Below the pieces are notes generated by a model. The model searched no databases. It was not told the origin of the DNA and worked only from the letters and a program-made list of their open reading frames with translations. A stretch of DNA of 64,000 bases from Squalus acanthias. Its lineage: Eukaryota. The DNA is taken from assembly GCA_030390025.1 (NCBI GenBank), contig CM059438.1, positions 55,306,001-55,370,000 on the forward strand, written 5' to 3'. Position numbers and translations under genes: made by a program. This document shows, piece after piece, positions 35,746 to 47,000 of this stretch (the first letter of the stretch is position 1; every line of letters begins with the position of its first letter).

Positions 35746-36990
35746 TGGCTCAAGAAGCCAGAATTGGAGGAGCGCAGAGATCTCGGAGGGTTGTAAGGCT
35801 GGAGGAGGTTACAGAGATAGGGAGGGGTGAGTCCATGGAGGGATTTGAACATGATGAGAATTTTAAATTTGAGGTGTTGCTGGACCGGGAGCCAATGTAG
35901 GTCAGCGAGCACAGGGGTGATGGGCAATATTCCCTCTAATTTTTTTGGAAGCTATCTATGAAAGCATATTAGTTGAGTCTGGAGGTTACAAAAGCTTAGA
36001 TGAGGGTTTCAGCAGCAGATGAGCTGAGGCGGGGTGGGGACGAGCGATATTAGAGGTAGAAGTAAGCAGTCTTGGTGATGGAGAGGATATGGGAATAGAG
36101 TTTGGGGCGGGGCCCCGAAGACAATGGTTTCAGTCTTCCCCATGTTTAATTGGAGGAAATTACTGCTCATCCAGGACTGGATGTCGGACAAGCAGTGTGA
36201 CAACTCAGACAGTGGAGGGGTCGAGAGAGTTGGTGGTGGGTTAGAGCTGGGTGTCATCGGCGTACATGTGAAACCTGACGTGTTTTCAGATGGTGTCATG
36301 GCGAGGCAGCATATAGATGAGAAATAGGAGGGGGCTAAGGATAGATCCTTGGGGGACACCAGAGCTAACGGTGTGGGAGCGGGAAGAGAAGCTGTTGCAG
36401 GTGGTGCTCTGGCTACGACTGGATAGATAAAAATTGAACCAGGCGAGGCCATGCTCACCCAGCTGAACGAGAGGCGTTGGAGGAGGATAGAGTGGTCAAC
36501 CGTGTCAAAGGCTGCAGACCGGTCGAGAAGAACGAGGAGGGATAGTTTACCACGGTCACAGTCACATAGGATGTCATTTGTGACTTTGATGAGAACCGTT
36601 TCGGTACTGTGGCAGGGGTGGAAACCTGATTGAAGGGATTCAAACATGGAGTTGTGGGAAAGAGGGGCATAGATTTGGGAGGCGACAGCACTATCCAGGA
36701 CTTGAGAGGAAAGGGAGGTTGGAGATGGGGTGGTAGTTTGCAAGGACAGAGGGGTTAAGGGTGGGTTTTTTGAGGAGGGGGGTGATGACGGCAAATTAAA
36801 GGAGGGGGACATTAACAATGACAACTAACATGGAGCCAGGAAGGGAAGTTGGGTGGTCAGCAGTTTAGTGGGAATAGGGTCGAGAGAGTAGGAAGTGGGT
36901 CTCATGGACAAGTTGAGCTCAGAGAAGTCACGGGGCAGATAGGAGAGGAAACTGGAGAAAGATGCTGTGCTAGGGTAGTGGCTCTGAGGC
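35745..36990 (-). mobile_element. L2-clade LINE RT region
   Basis: [66 protein letters not shown]. Confidence 0.9.
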
Positions 36991-37024
36991 CAACTCCAGT
37001 GACCCAAGATCACCAGATTCCACC

Positions 37025-38020
37025 TTGCCAGCACTGCCTCCTCCCCGCCGCCGGGTGGCGGTGTCCCGGGATTACTCACTGCCCCCCCCCCCGACACCTC
37101 TCCGCCGCCCGGTGGCGCTGTCCTGGGGGGCCCGCACTGCCTCCTCCCCCGCCGCCCGGTGGCGCTGTCCTGGGGGGGCCCGCACTGCCTCCTCCCCCGC
37201 CGCCCGGTGGCGCTGTCCCGGGGGCCCGCACTGCCTCCTACCCGCCTCCCGGTGGCGCTGTCCTGGGGGGCCCGCACTGCCTCCTCCCCCGCCGCCGTTG
37301 TCCTGGGGGGCCCGCACTGCCTCCTCCCCCGCCGCCCGGTGGCGCTGTCCCGGGGGCCCGCACTGCCTCCTACCCGCCTCCCGGTGGCGCTGTGCCCTTC
37401 ACTGCGGGTAAAGATGGCGGCGCAGGGAGGCGGGCCGGAGACGGAGCTGGGGCTGAAATACTCGCGGGCCCTAAACCTGTCGGAAGTGGAGTCCAAGCAG
37501 GACCCGGAATCCGAGCCCTACCGCTCCAAGTACGGGGCGCGGGAGCTCCTGAAGGAGCTGAAGGCAGTGGTGGGCCAGTGGGCCCAGGCTGGGGACTCGG
37601 AGGATGAGCGGGCCGAGGAGAGGCGCTCGCAGGACGGGCACTGGCTGCAGAAGCTGGCGGTGCTGGAACTGCAGCTCGGCCTCAACCACACCGAGACAGA
37701 GGAGCTGTCGGCCGGGGAGGAGCACCTGGCCAAGTGCGTGCGGCTCCTGGAGCCCTTCAAACTCAGTCCAGAGGCCGTGTCCGTCTTCATCCAGGCCGAG
37801 GTAAGGGGCCGGGGCAACCGGGTTCACTGGGCCCGGGGGAGAGCCGGCCCGGCCAATCAAAGCCCGGCGGACACCGGCCCCGCCCCTGAGCATTGTCCCC
37901 GCCCCTTGCACAGGCCCCGCCCCCCGACACTGACTCCGCCCCCGGGCATTGACCCCCGCCCCGGCACTGGCCCCGCCCCCGACACTGACCTCGCCCCCGC
38001 TCTGGCCCCGCCCCCGATCT
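37025..38020 (+). promoter_or_regulatory. KIFBP CpG-island promoter: upstream ~45-48 bp GC-rich tandem repeat, YY1-like AAGATGGCGGC over the ATG, CCAAT and GC boxes at the start of intron 1
   Basis: Very high GC/CpG around exon 1; AAGATGGCGGC at 37411-37421; GGCCAATCA at 37851; repeated CCCCGCCC at 37877-38015. Confidence 0.75.
37414..37800 (+). CDS. KIFBP: KIFBP exon 1
   Basis: aagATGG Kozak context inside a CpG island; GAG|gtaagg donor. Confidence 0.92.
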
Positions 38021-41000
38021 TATCTCCCTCCACCCCTGCCTCATTAAAGCCCAGCCCGTCACACCCCCTCCTCACCATTCTGTGCTGTCTGCTCCACATC
38101 AAATCTACTCCAATCAACCTGATCCCCTGCCATGCCCCGCCCGCACCCATCAAACTCCACCCCAATGACACACTGGATTAACCAGTGAGGACAGGTTGCA
38201 TAAACCTTGCTCTTATTCCCTTGTGTTTAGGACATTTGAGGGCTGATCTGATTGAGGTGTTTAAAATGATGAAGGGATTCAATAGGGTAGTGACAGAGAA
38301 TCTATTTTCTCTGGTGAGGAAATCAAGAACAAGAGGGCACAAACACTACCCCAGAAATGATTCCCAAAGCAACTTCAGTCCCTAAAAATACCCCATCAAT
38401 GCCCCCAACAACCCATGAAAAAACCACCCTTGAGTCTCCCAAACTAATCCCGGTGCAGCTGGACAGGAGAGGCGTTGGAGGAGGATGGTATGGTCGGCCG
38501 TGTCAAAGGCTGCAAACAGGTCGAGAAGGATGGGGAGGGATAGTTTACCATGGTCACATCACATAGTATGTCATTTGTGACTTGGTTAAGAGCCATTTCA
38601 GTGCCATGGCAGAGGTGGAAATGTGATGGGAGTGATTCAAACATGGAGTTGTGGGAAAGATGGGCATGGATTTGGGGGGGGCGACAACAGGTTCAAGAGC
38701 TTTGGAGAGGAAGGGGAGGTTGGAGTTGGGGCGGTAGTTTTGCAAGGATGGAGGGGTCAAGGGTGGGATTTATGAGGAGAGGGTTGATGATGACAGAATT
38801 GAAAGGGATGAGGACAGTGCCTGAGGAGCAAGAACCGGTTACAATGTCAGCTGGCATAACCCCAACCCACCCCCGCTAACACTCCGCTATTAAATTAAAA
38901 TTCCAATCTCACTAATCAATTTACAGAAGTAAGTAGCATGTGCTTTGCTCTGTTGATTTCAGAACCAGCTGGGCATCCTATGGGCAGGACTGGAAGAAAT
39001 GGAAAAAGCACAGACCTATCTGGAAGATGCTGAATCACTTTACAACCAATACACCAAGGAGGTAAAGTACAGTCTTCATCCAACAGCATGGGAATAACAT
39101 AAGAACATAAGAATTAGGAGCAGGAGTCGGTCATTCGGGCCCTCGAGCCTGCTCTGCCATTCAATAAGATCAGGGCTGAACTTAGACCTCAACTCCACTT
39201 TCCTGCCCGATCCTCATATCCCTTGATTCCCCTAGAGTCCAAAAATATATCTAATCTCAGCCTTGAATATACTGAATGATTCAGCACCCACAGCCCTTTG
39301 GGCAGAGAATTCCAAAGATTCACCACCCTCTGAGTGAAGAAATTCCTCCTCATCTCAGTCTTAAATGGCCGACCCCTTATCCTGAGACTACGCCCCCTCG
39401 TTCTAGACTCTCCAGCCAGGGGAAACAACCTCTCAGCGTCTACCCTGTCAATCCACCCCAGTATCTTATATGTTTCAATCAGATAACCTCTCATTCTTCT
39501 AAACTCCAGAGAGTATCGGCCCATTCTACTCAATCTCTCCTCTAGGACAACCCTCTCATCCCAGGGATCAATCTCGTGAACTTTTGTTGCACTGCCTGTA
39601 AGGCATATACATCCTTTCTTAGATAAGGAGACTAAAACTGTGCACAGTACTCCAGGTGTGGTCTCACCAAAGCCCTTCCTGTATTCCAACCCCCTTGCAA
39701 TAAAGGCTAACATGCCATTTGCCTTCCTAATTTCTTGCCATACCTGCATGCTAACTCTCTGTGTTCCCTGTACGAGGACACCTAAATCGTTCTGAACACC
39801 AACATTTAATAGTTTCTCAAAAAATATTCTGTTTTTCTATTCTTAGTACCAAAGTGAATAACCTCACATTTCCCCATATTATACTCCATCTGCCATCTTA
39901 TTGCCCACTCACTTAACCTGTCTCTATCCCTTTGCAGACACTGTGTCCTCCTCACTGCTTACTTTCCCACCAATTTTTGTTTAATAACCTCTTGTGTGGC
40001 ACCTTATCGAATGCCCTCTGAAAATCCAAATACACCACATCCACTGGTTCCCTCTTATCCATACTGCCAGTTACAACCTCAAAAAACTTAACAGATTCGT
40101 CAAACACAATTTCCCTTTCATAAATCTTTGTTGACTCTGCCCAACCCTATTATTATTTTCGAAGTGCCCTGTTACCACGTCCTTAATAGATTCTAGCATT
40201 TTCCCTGCTACTGATGTCAGGCTAACTGGTCTGTAGTTCCCCGTTTTCTCTCTCCCTCTTTTCTTAAATAGTGGGGTTACATTTGCTACATTACAATCCA
40301 CAGGAACCGTTCTAGAATCTATGGAATTTTGGAAAATGATAACCAATGCATCCACTATATCGGATTGTTGTAAAAACCCATCTGGTTCACTAATGTCCTT
40401 TAGGGAAGGAAACCTGCCGTTGTTACCCATATGTCTGACCTATATGTGACTCCAGACCCACAACTATGTGTTTGACTCTTAACTGCCCTCTGAAATGGCC
40501 GAGCAAGCCACTCAGTTGTAAAAAAAGGCTACAAAAACAATAATAAGAATAAAACCGGACAGACCACCCGGCATCGACCTCGGCACCGGCTTCGGACACG
40601 AGAACGGCACACCCAGCCCAGTCGACCCTGCAAAGTCCTCCTCACCAACATCTGGGGACTTGTGCCAAAATTGGGAGAGCTGTCCCACAGACTAGTCAAG
40701 CAACAGCCTGACATAGTCATACTCATAGAATCATACCTTTCAGCCAATGTCCCAAACTCCTCCATCACCATCCCTGGGTATGTCCTGTCCCACCAGAGTT
40801 GGCGGTACAGCGATATACAGTCGGGAAGGAGTGGCCCTGGGAGTTCTGAACATAGACTGTGGACCCCATGAAGTCTCATGGCTTCAGGTCAACCACGGGC
40901 AAGGAAACCGCCTGTTGATTACCTCCCTAGTTGATGAATCAGTACTCCTCCATGTTCAACACCACTTCGAAGAGGCACTGAGGGTAGCAAGGCAACAGAA

Positions 41001-44000
41001 TGTACTCTGGGTGGGGGACTTCAATGTCCATCACCAAGAGTGGCTCGGTAGCAGGTGGTGAGAGAACCAATACGAGGGGAAAAACCGACTTTACCTTGTC
41101 CTCACCAATCTATCTGTCGCAGATGCATCTGTCCATGACAGCATTGGCAGCAGTGACCACCGCACAGTCCTTGTGGAGACGAAGTCCTGTCTTCACACTG
41201 AGGACACCCTCCATCGTGTTGTGTGGCACTACCACTGTGCTAAATGGGATAGATTCAGAACAAATCAAGCAGCTGAAAACTGGGCATCCATGAGGCACTG
41301 TGGGCCATCAGCAGCAGCAGAATTGTATTCCACCACAATCTATAACCTCATGGCCCGGCATATCCCTCACTCTACCATTACCATCAAGCCAGGGGACCAA
41401 ACCTGGTTCAATGAGGAGTGCAGAAGAGCATGCCAGGAACAGCACCAGGCGTACCTAAAAATGAGGTGCCAACCTGGGGAAGCTGCAACACAGGACTACA
41501 TGCATGCTAAAAAGCGGAAGCAGCATGTTATAGACAGGGCTAAGCGATCCCACAATCAACGGATCAGACCAAAGCTCTGCAGGCCTGCCACATCCAGTTG
41601 TGAATGGTGGTGGACAATTAAACAACTAACGGGAAGAGGAGGCTCCATGAATATCCCCATCCTCAATGATGGTGGAGCCCAGCACGTGAGTGCAAAAGAC
41701 AAGGCTGAAGCATTTGCAACCATCTTGAGCCAGAAGTGCCGAGTGGATGATCCATATCGGCCTCCTCCTGAGGTCCCCACCATCACAGAAGCCAGTCTTC
41801 AGCCAATTCGATTCACTCCACATGATATCAAGAAACAGCTGAGTGCACTGGATACAGCAAAGGCTATGGCCCCCTGACAACACTGGCATGTACCTGACAA
41901 TGTGGAAAACTGCCCAGGTATGTCCTGTTCGCAAAAAGCAGGACAAATCCAATCCAGCCAATTACCGCCCCATCAGTCTACTCTCAATCATCAGCAAAAT
42001 GATGGAAGGTGTCATTGACAGTGCTATCAAGCGGCACTTACTCATCAATAACCTGCTCACCGATGCTCAGTTTGGGTTCCACCAGGACCACTCGGCTCCA
42101 GACCTCATTACAGCCTTGGTCCAAACATGGACAAAGGAGCTGAATTCCAGAGGTGAGGTGAGAATGACTGCCCTTGACATCAAGGCATCATTTGACCGAG
42201 TGTGGCATCAAGCAGCCCTAGTAAAACTGAAGTCATAGAGTCATACAGCACAGAAAGAGGCCCTTCGGCCCATCGTGTCCGCGCTGGCCAGCAAGCCCTG
42301 TCTATTCTAATCCCATTTTCCAGCACTTGGTCCGTAGCCTTGTATGCTATGGCGTTTCAGGTGCTCATCTAAATGCTTCTTGAATGTTGTGAGGGTTCCT
42401 GCCTCTACCGCCCTTTCAGGCAGTGAGTTCCAGATTCCAACCACCCTCTGGGTGAAAAAGTTTTTCCTCAAATCCCCTCTAAACCTCCTGCCCCTTACCT
42501 TGAAACTATGCCCCCTGGTTATTGACCCCTCTACTAAGGGGAAAAGTTCCTTTCTATCTACCCTATCTATGCCCCTCATAATTTTGTACACCTCAATCAG
42601 GTCCCCCCTCAGCCTTCTCTGCTCTAAGGAAAACAACCCCAGCCTGTCCAGTCTCTCTTCATAGCTGAAGCGCTGCAGCCCAGGTAACATCCTGGTGAAT
42701 CTCCTCTGCACCCTCTCCAATGCAATCACATCCTTCCTATAGTGTGGCGACCAGAACTGCACACAGTATTCCAGCTGTGGCCTAACTAGTGTTTTGTACA
42801 GCTCCATCATAACCTCCCTGCTCTTATATTCTATGCCTCGGCTAATGAAGGCAAGTATCCCATATGCCTTCTTAACCACTGGGTATCAGGAGAACAACTC
42901 TCCACTGGCTGGAGTCATACCGAGCACAAAGGAAGATGGTTGTTGGAGGTCAATCATCACAGCCCCAGGACATCACTACAGGAGTTCCTCAGGGCAGTGT
43001 CCTAGGCCCAACTATCTTCAGCTGCTTCATCAATGACCTTCCCTCCAACATAAGGTCAGAAGTGGGGATGTTCGCTGATGTTCAGCGCCATTCACAATTC
43101 CTCAGACAATGAAACAGTCCATGCCCGCATGCAACAAGACCTGGACAACATTCAGACTTGGGCTGATAAATGGCAGGTAACATTCGCGCCACACTAGTGC
43201 CAGGCAATGACTATCTCCAACAAACGAGAGTATAACCACCACCCCTTGACATTCAACGGCATTACCATCACCGAATTCCCCCACCATCAACATCCTGGGG
43301 GTCACCATTGACCAGAAACTTAACTGGACCAGCCACATAAATACTGTGACAACAAGAGCAGGTCAGAGGCTAGGTATTCTGCGGCGAGTGTCTCACCTCC
43401 TGACTCCCCAACGCCTTTCCACCATCTACAAGGCACAAGTTAGGAGTGTGATGGAATACTCTCCACTTGCCTGGATGAATGCAGCTCCAACAACACTCAA
43501 GAAGCTCAACACCATCCAGGACAAAGCACTCGCTTGATTGGCACCCCATCCACCACCTTAAACATTCACTCCCTCCACCAGCGGCGTACCATGGCTGCAG
43601 TGTGTACCATCTACAAGATGCACTGCAGCAACTCGCCAAGGCTTCTTCTACAGCACCTCCCAAACCCGCAACCTCTACCACCTAGAAGGACAAGGGCAGC
43701 AGACGCATGGGAACACCACCACCTCCAAATTCCCCTCCAAGTTCCACACCATCCTGACTTAGAAGTATATCGCCGTTCCTTCATTGTCACTGGTTCAAAA
43801 TCCTGGAACTCCCTCCCTAACAGCACTGTGGGAGTAGCTTCACCACACGAACTGCAGCGGTTCAAAAAGGTGGCTCACCACCACCTTCTAAAGGGGCAAT
43901 TAGGGATGGGCAATAAATGTTGGCCTTGCCAGCGACGCCCACATCCCAGGAACAAATATTTAAAAAATAGGGACATAGGAGTAGGTCATTCAGCTCCTCG

Positions 44001-47000
44001 AGACTGTTCCGCCATTCAATGAGATCATGGCTGATCTGCGACCTAACTCCATATACCTGCCTTTGGCCCATATCACTCAATACCTTTGGTGAACAAAAAG
44101 CTATTAATCTCAGATTTAAAATTAACAATTGACCCAGCATCAATTGCCGTTTGCGGAAGAGAGTTCCAAACTTCTACCCTCTTCTCTTAGGCATACCCTC
44201 GGAACCGAAGATGACTTGCTTCCACATTAAAAATGAGTTCTCAGGTGACTGATGAGTCCAATGCGGGACCTACAGTCTCTGTCACAGGTGGGGCAGACGG
44301 TGGTTGAAGGGGCGGGTGGGTGGGGTGCTTGGGTTGACGTGCGCTCCTTCCGCTTGCTCCCGGCGAAGAGACTCGAGGTGTTCGCCGCCTTCCCGAATGC
44401 TTCTCCTCCACTTTGTACGGTCTTGGGCCAGTGATTCCCAGGTGTCGGTGGGGATGTTACACTTTTTCAAGGAGGCTTTGAGGGTGTCCTTGAAGCGTTT
44501 CCTCTGCCCACCTGGGGCTCTCTTGCCGTGCCGGAGCTCCGAGTAGAGCGCTTGTTTTGGGAGTCTCGTATCGGGCATGCGGACGATGTGACCTGTCCAT
44601 CGGAGTTGATTGAGTGTGGTCAAAGCTTCGATGCTGGGGATGTTGGCCTGAGCGAGAACACTGACGTTGGTGCCCCTATCCTGCCAGTGGATTTGCAGGA
44701 TCTTGCGGAGGCAGCATTGGTGGTACCTCTCCAGTGCTTTGAGGTGCCTGCTGTACATGGTCCATGTCTCTGAGGCATACAGGAGGGCGGGTATCACTGC
44801 TGCTCTGTAGACCATGAGCTTAGTGCCGGGTTTGAGGTCCTGGTCTTCAAACACTCTCTTCCTCAGGCGACCGAAGGCTGCACTGGCACACTGAAGGCGG
44901 TGTTGGACATCGTCATCGACATCTGCCCTTGTTGACAGTAGGCTCCCGAGGTATCGAAAGTGGTCCACGTTGTCCAAGGCCTTGTCGTGGATTTTGATAA
45001 TCGGGGGGCAGTACTGTGTGGCGGGGGCAGGTTGGTAGAGGACCTTTGTCTTACGGATGTTTAGTGTAAGGCCCATGCTCTCGTACGCTTCGGTGAAGGT
45101 GTTAACGATGGTTTGGAGTTTGACGTCCGAGTGTGCGCAGACGCAAGTGTCGTCTGCATACTGTAATTCGACGACAGAGGAAGGGATGACCTTGGATCTG
45201 GACTGGAGGCGACGGAGGTTGAACAGTTTCCCGTTTGTTCTGTAAATTAGCACCACTCCAGCGGGGAGCTTACTGAGGATGAGATGGAGCATTGCAGCAA
45301 GGAAGATCGAGAAGAGCGTTGGTGCGAAGTTCCAAACTTCTACCACCCTTTGTGTGTATAAGTGTTTCCTAATTTCACTTCTGAAAGGTCTGGCTCTAGT
45401 TTTTAGACTATGCCCCCTAGTCCTAGAATCCCCAACCAGCGGAAAGAGTTCCCCTTAATATCCTGAAAACTTCAGTCAGATCACCCCTAGACCTTCTAAA
45501 TTCTCGGGAATACAACCCTAGTTTGTGTAATCTCTCCTCGTAACTTAACCCTTGGAGTCCGGGTATCATTCTGGTAAACCTACACTGCACTCCTTCCAAG
45601 GCCGATATATCCTTCCTAAGGTGTGGTGCCCAGAACTGCTCACAGTGCTCCAGGTGTGGTCTAACCAGGGCTTTGTATAGCTGCAGCATAACTTCTACCC
45701 CCTTGTATTCTAGTCCTCTAGATATAAAGCCCAGCATTCCATCAGCCTTTTTGATTATTTTCTGTACCTGTTCATGACATTTTAATGATCTGTGTACCCG
45801 GACCCCCAAGTCTCTTTGGACCTCCACTGTTTTTAGCTTTTCACCATTTAGAAAGTACCCTGTTCTATCCATTTTAGATCCAAAGTGGGTGACCTCACCT
45901 TTGCCTACATTGAAATCCATTTGCTACAGTTTTGCCCATTCACAATCTATCAATATCCCTTTGTAATTTTGTGCTTTCATCTACAATGCCGCCTATCTTT
46001 GTGTCATTGGCTAATTTGGATATATGACTTTCTATGCCATCGTCAAAGTCGTTAATAAATACTGTGAATAGTTGACGTCACAACACAGATCCCTGTGGGA
46101 CACCACTAGTCACCTCCTGCCAATTTGAGTACCTACTCACTATCCCTACTCTCTGTCTCCTGCCACTCAGCTCATTTCTTAACCAGGTCAATAATTTGGC
46201 CTCAATTCCGTGGACTTCTTCAAGTGTTGGCCTAGGCAGTGGCTGACTATTCGACTATAGATGGCATCACTACCATGTTCCATCTTGTCCCCACAAGCAC
46301 ACCACCAGGAGTCACTGGATAGCCATCAGGAGCGCCGACCCTGGCTGATGTTCCTCTCCCTCAGCAGACCCTGTTGATGTTGCTGGTGTCCAATCACATT
46401 TAGTGCAACATTCATATTACTTTAATAAACATTGAGATAAAGTGAGTGAAGTCTGGTGAAGAATCCAGCCCAAGGTGAGTGTCAGTACACAACTTGCGTT
46501 CAGGGTGCACTGTTTTCAACAGTTGGTAGTGTGGGTCCATGTGAGCAGGATCTGTCTCACCTGGCAAGGGCCAAGGTTTGGTGTGTCTGGTTTACAGAGG
46601 TGTTCTAGAGGTGTGTCAATGTGCTGTCAGGGCTTTCAGTCAGCACAATGACTGTTTATCATGAGGCAGTGTATTCCCCGGCATGCTCTCCGCCCTCACT
46701 GTCCAATATACACACACGAGTCACTGGTTATACGACTATTAAGGATAGTATTAGATTAAAAGAAGAAGCTTATAATGTTGCGAAGAATAGTAGTAAGCCT
46801 GAAGATTGGGAGAGCTTTAGAAACCTGCAAAAGGTGACCAAAAAATTGACAAAAAGGGAGAAAATAGAATATGAGAGTAAACTAGCAAGAAATATAAAAA
46901 CAGATTGTAAGAGCTTCTACAAGTATGTAAAAAAGAGAGTAGCAAAAGTAACTGTTGGTCCCTTAGAGGCTGAGACAGGAGAAATTATAATGGGGAACAA

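Noticed and set aside
37159..37413. In-frame N-terminal extension of KIFBP from a GTG, and read-through into intron 1
   Set aside because: Promoter repeat sequence; the ATG at 37414 has strong context, homology starts there, and a good donor lies at 37800.
44249..44276. CTGATGA-GTCC-aatgcg-GGAC hammerhead-like motif on the + strand
   Set aside because: No GAAA after stem II; it is the antisense of the RTE C-terminal Cys/His coding sequence ([15 protein letters not shown]).
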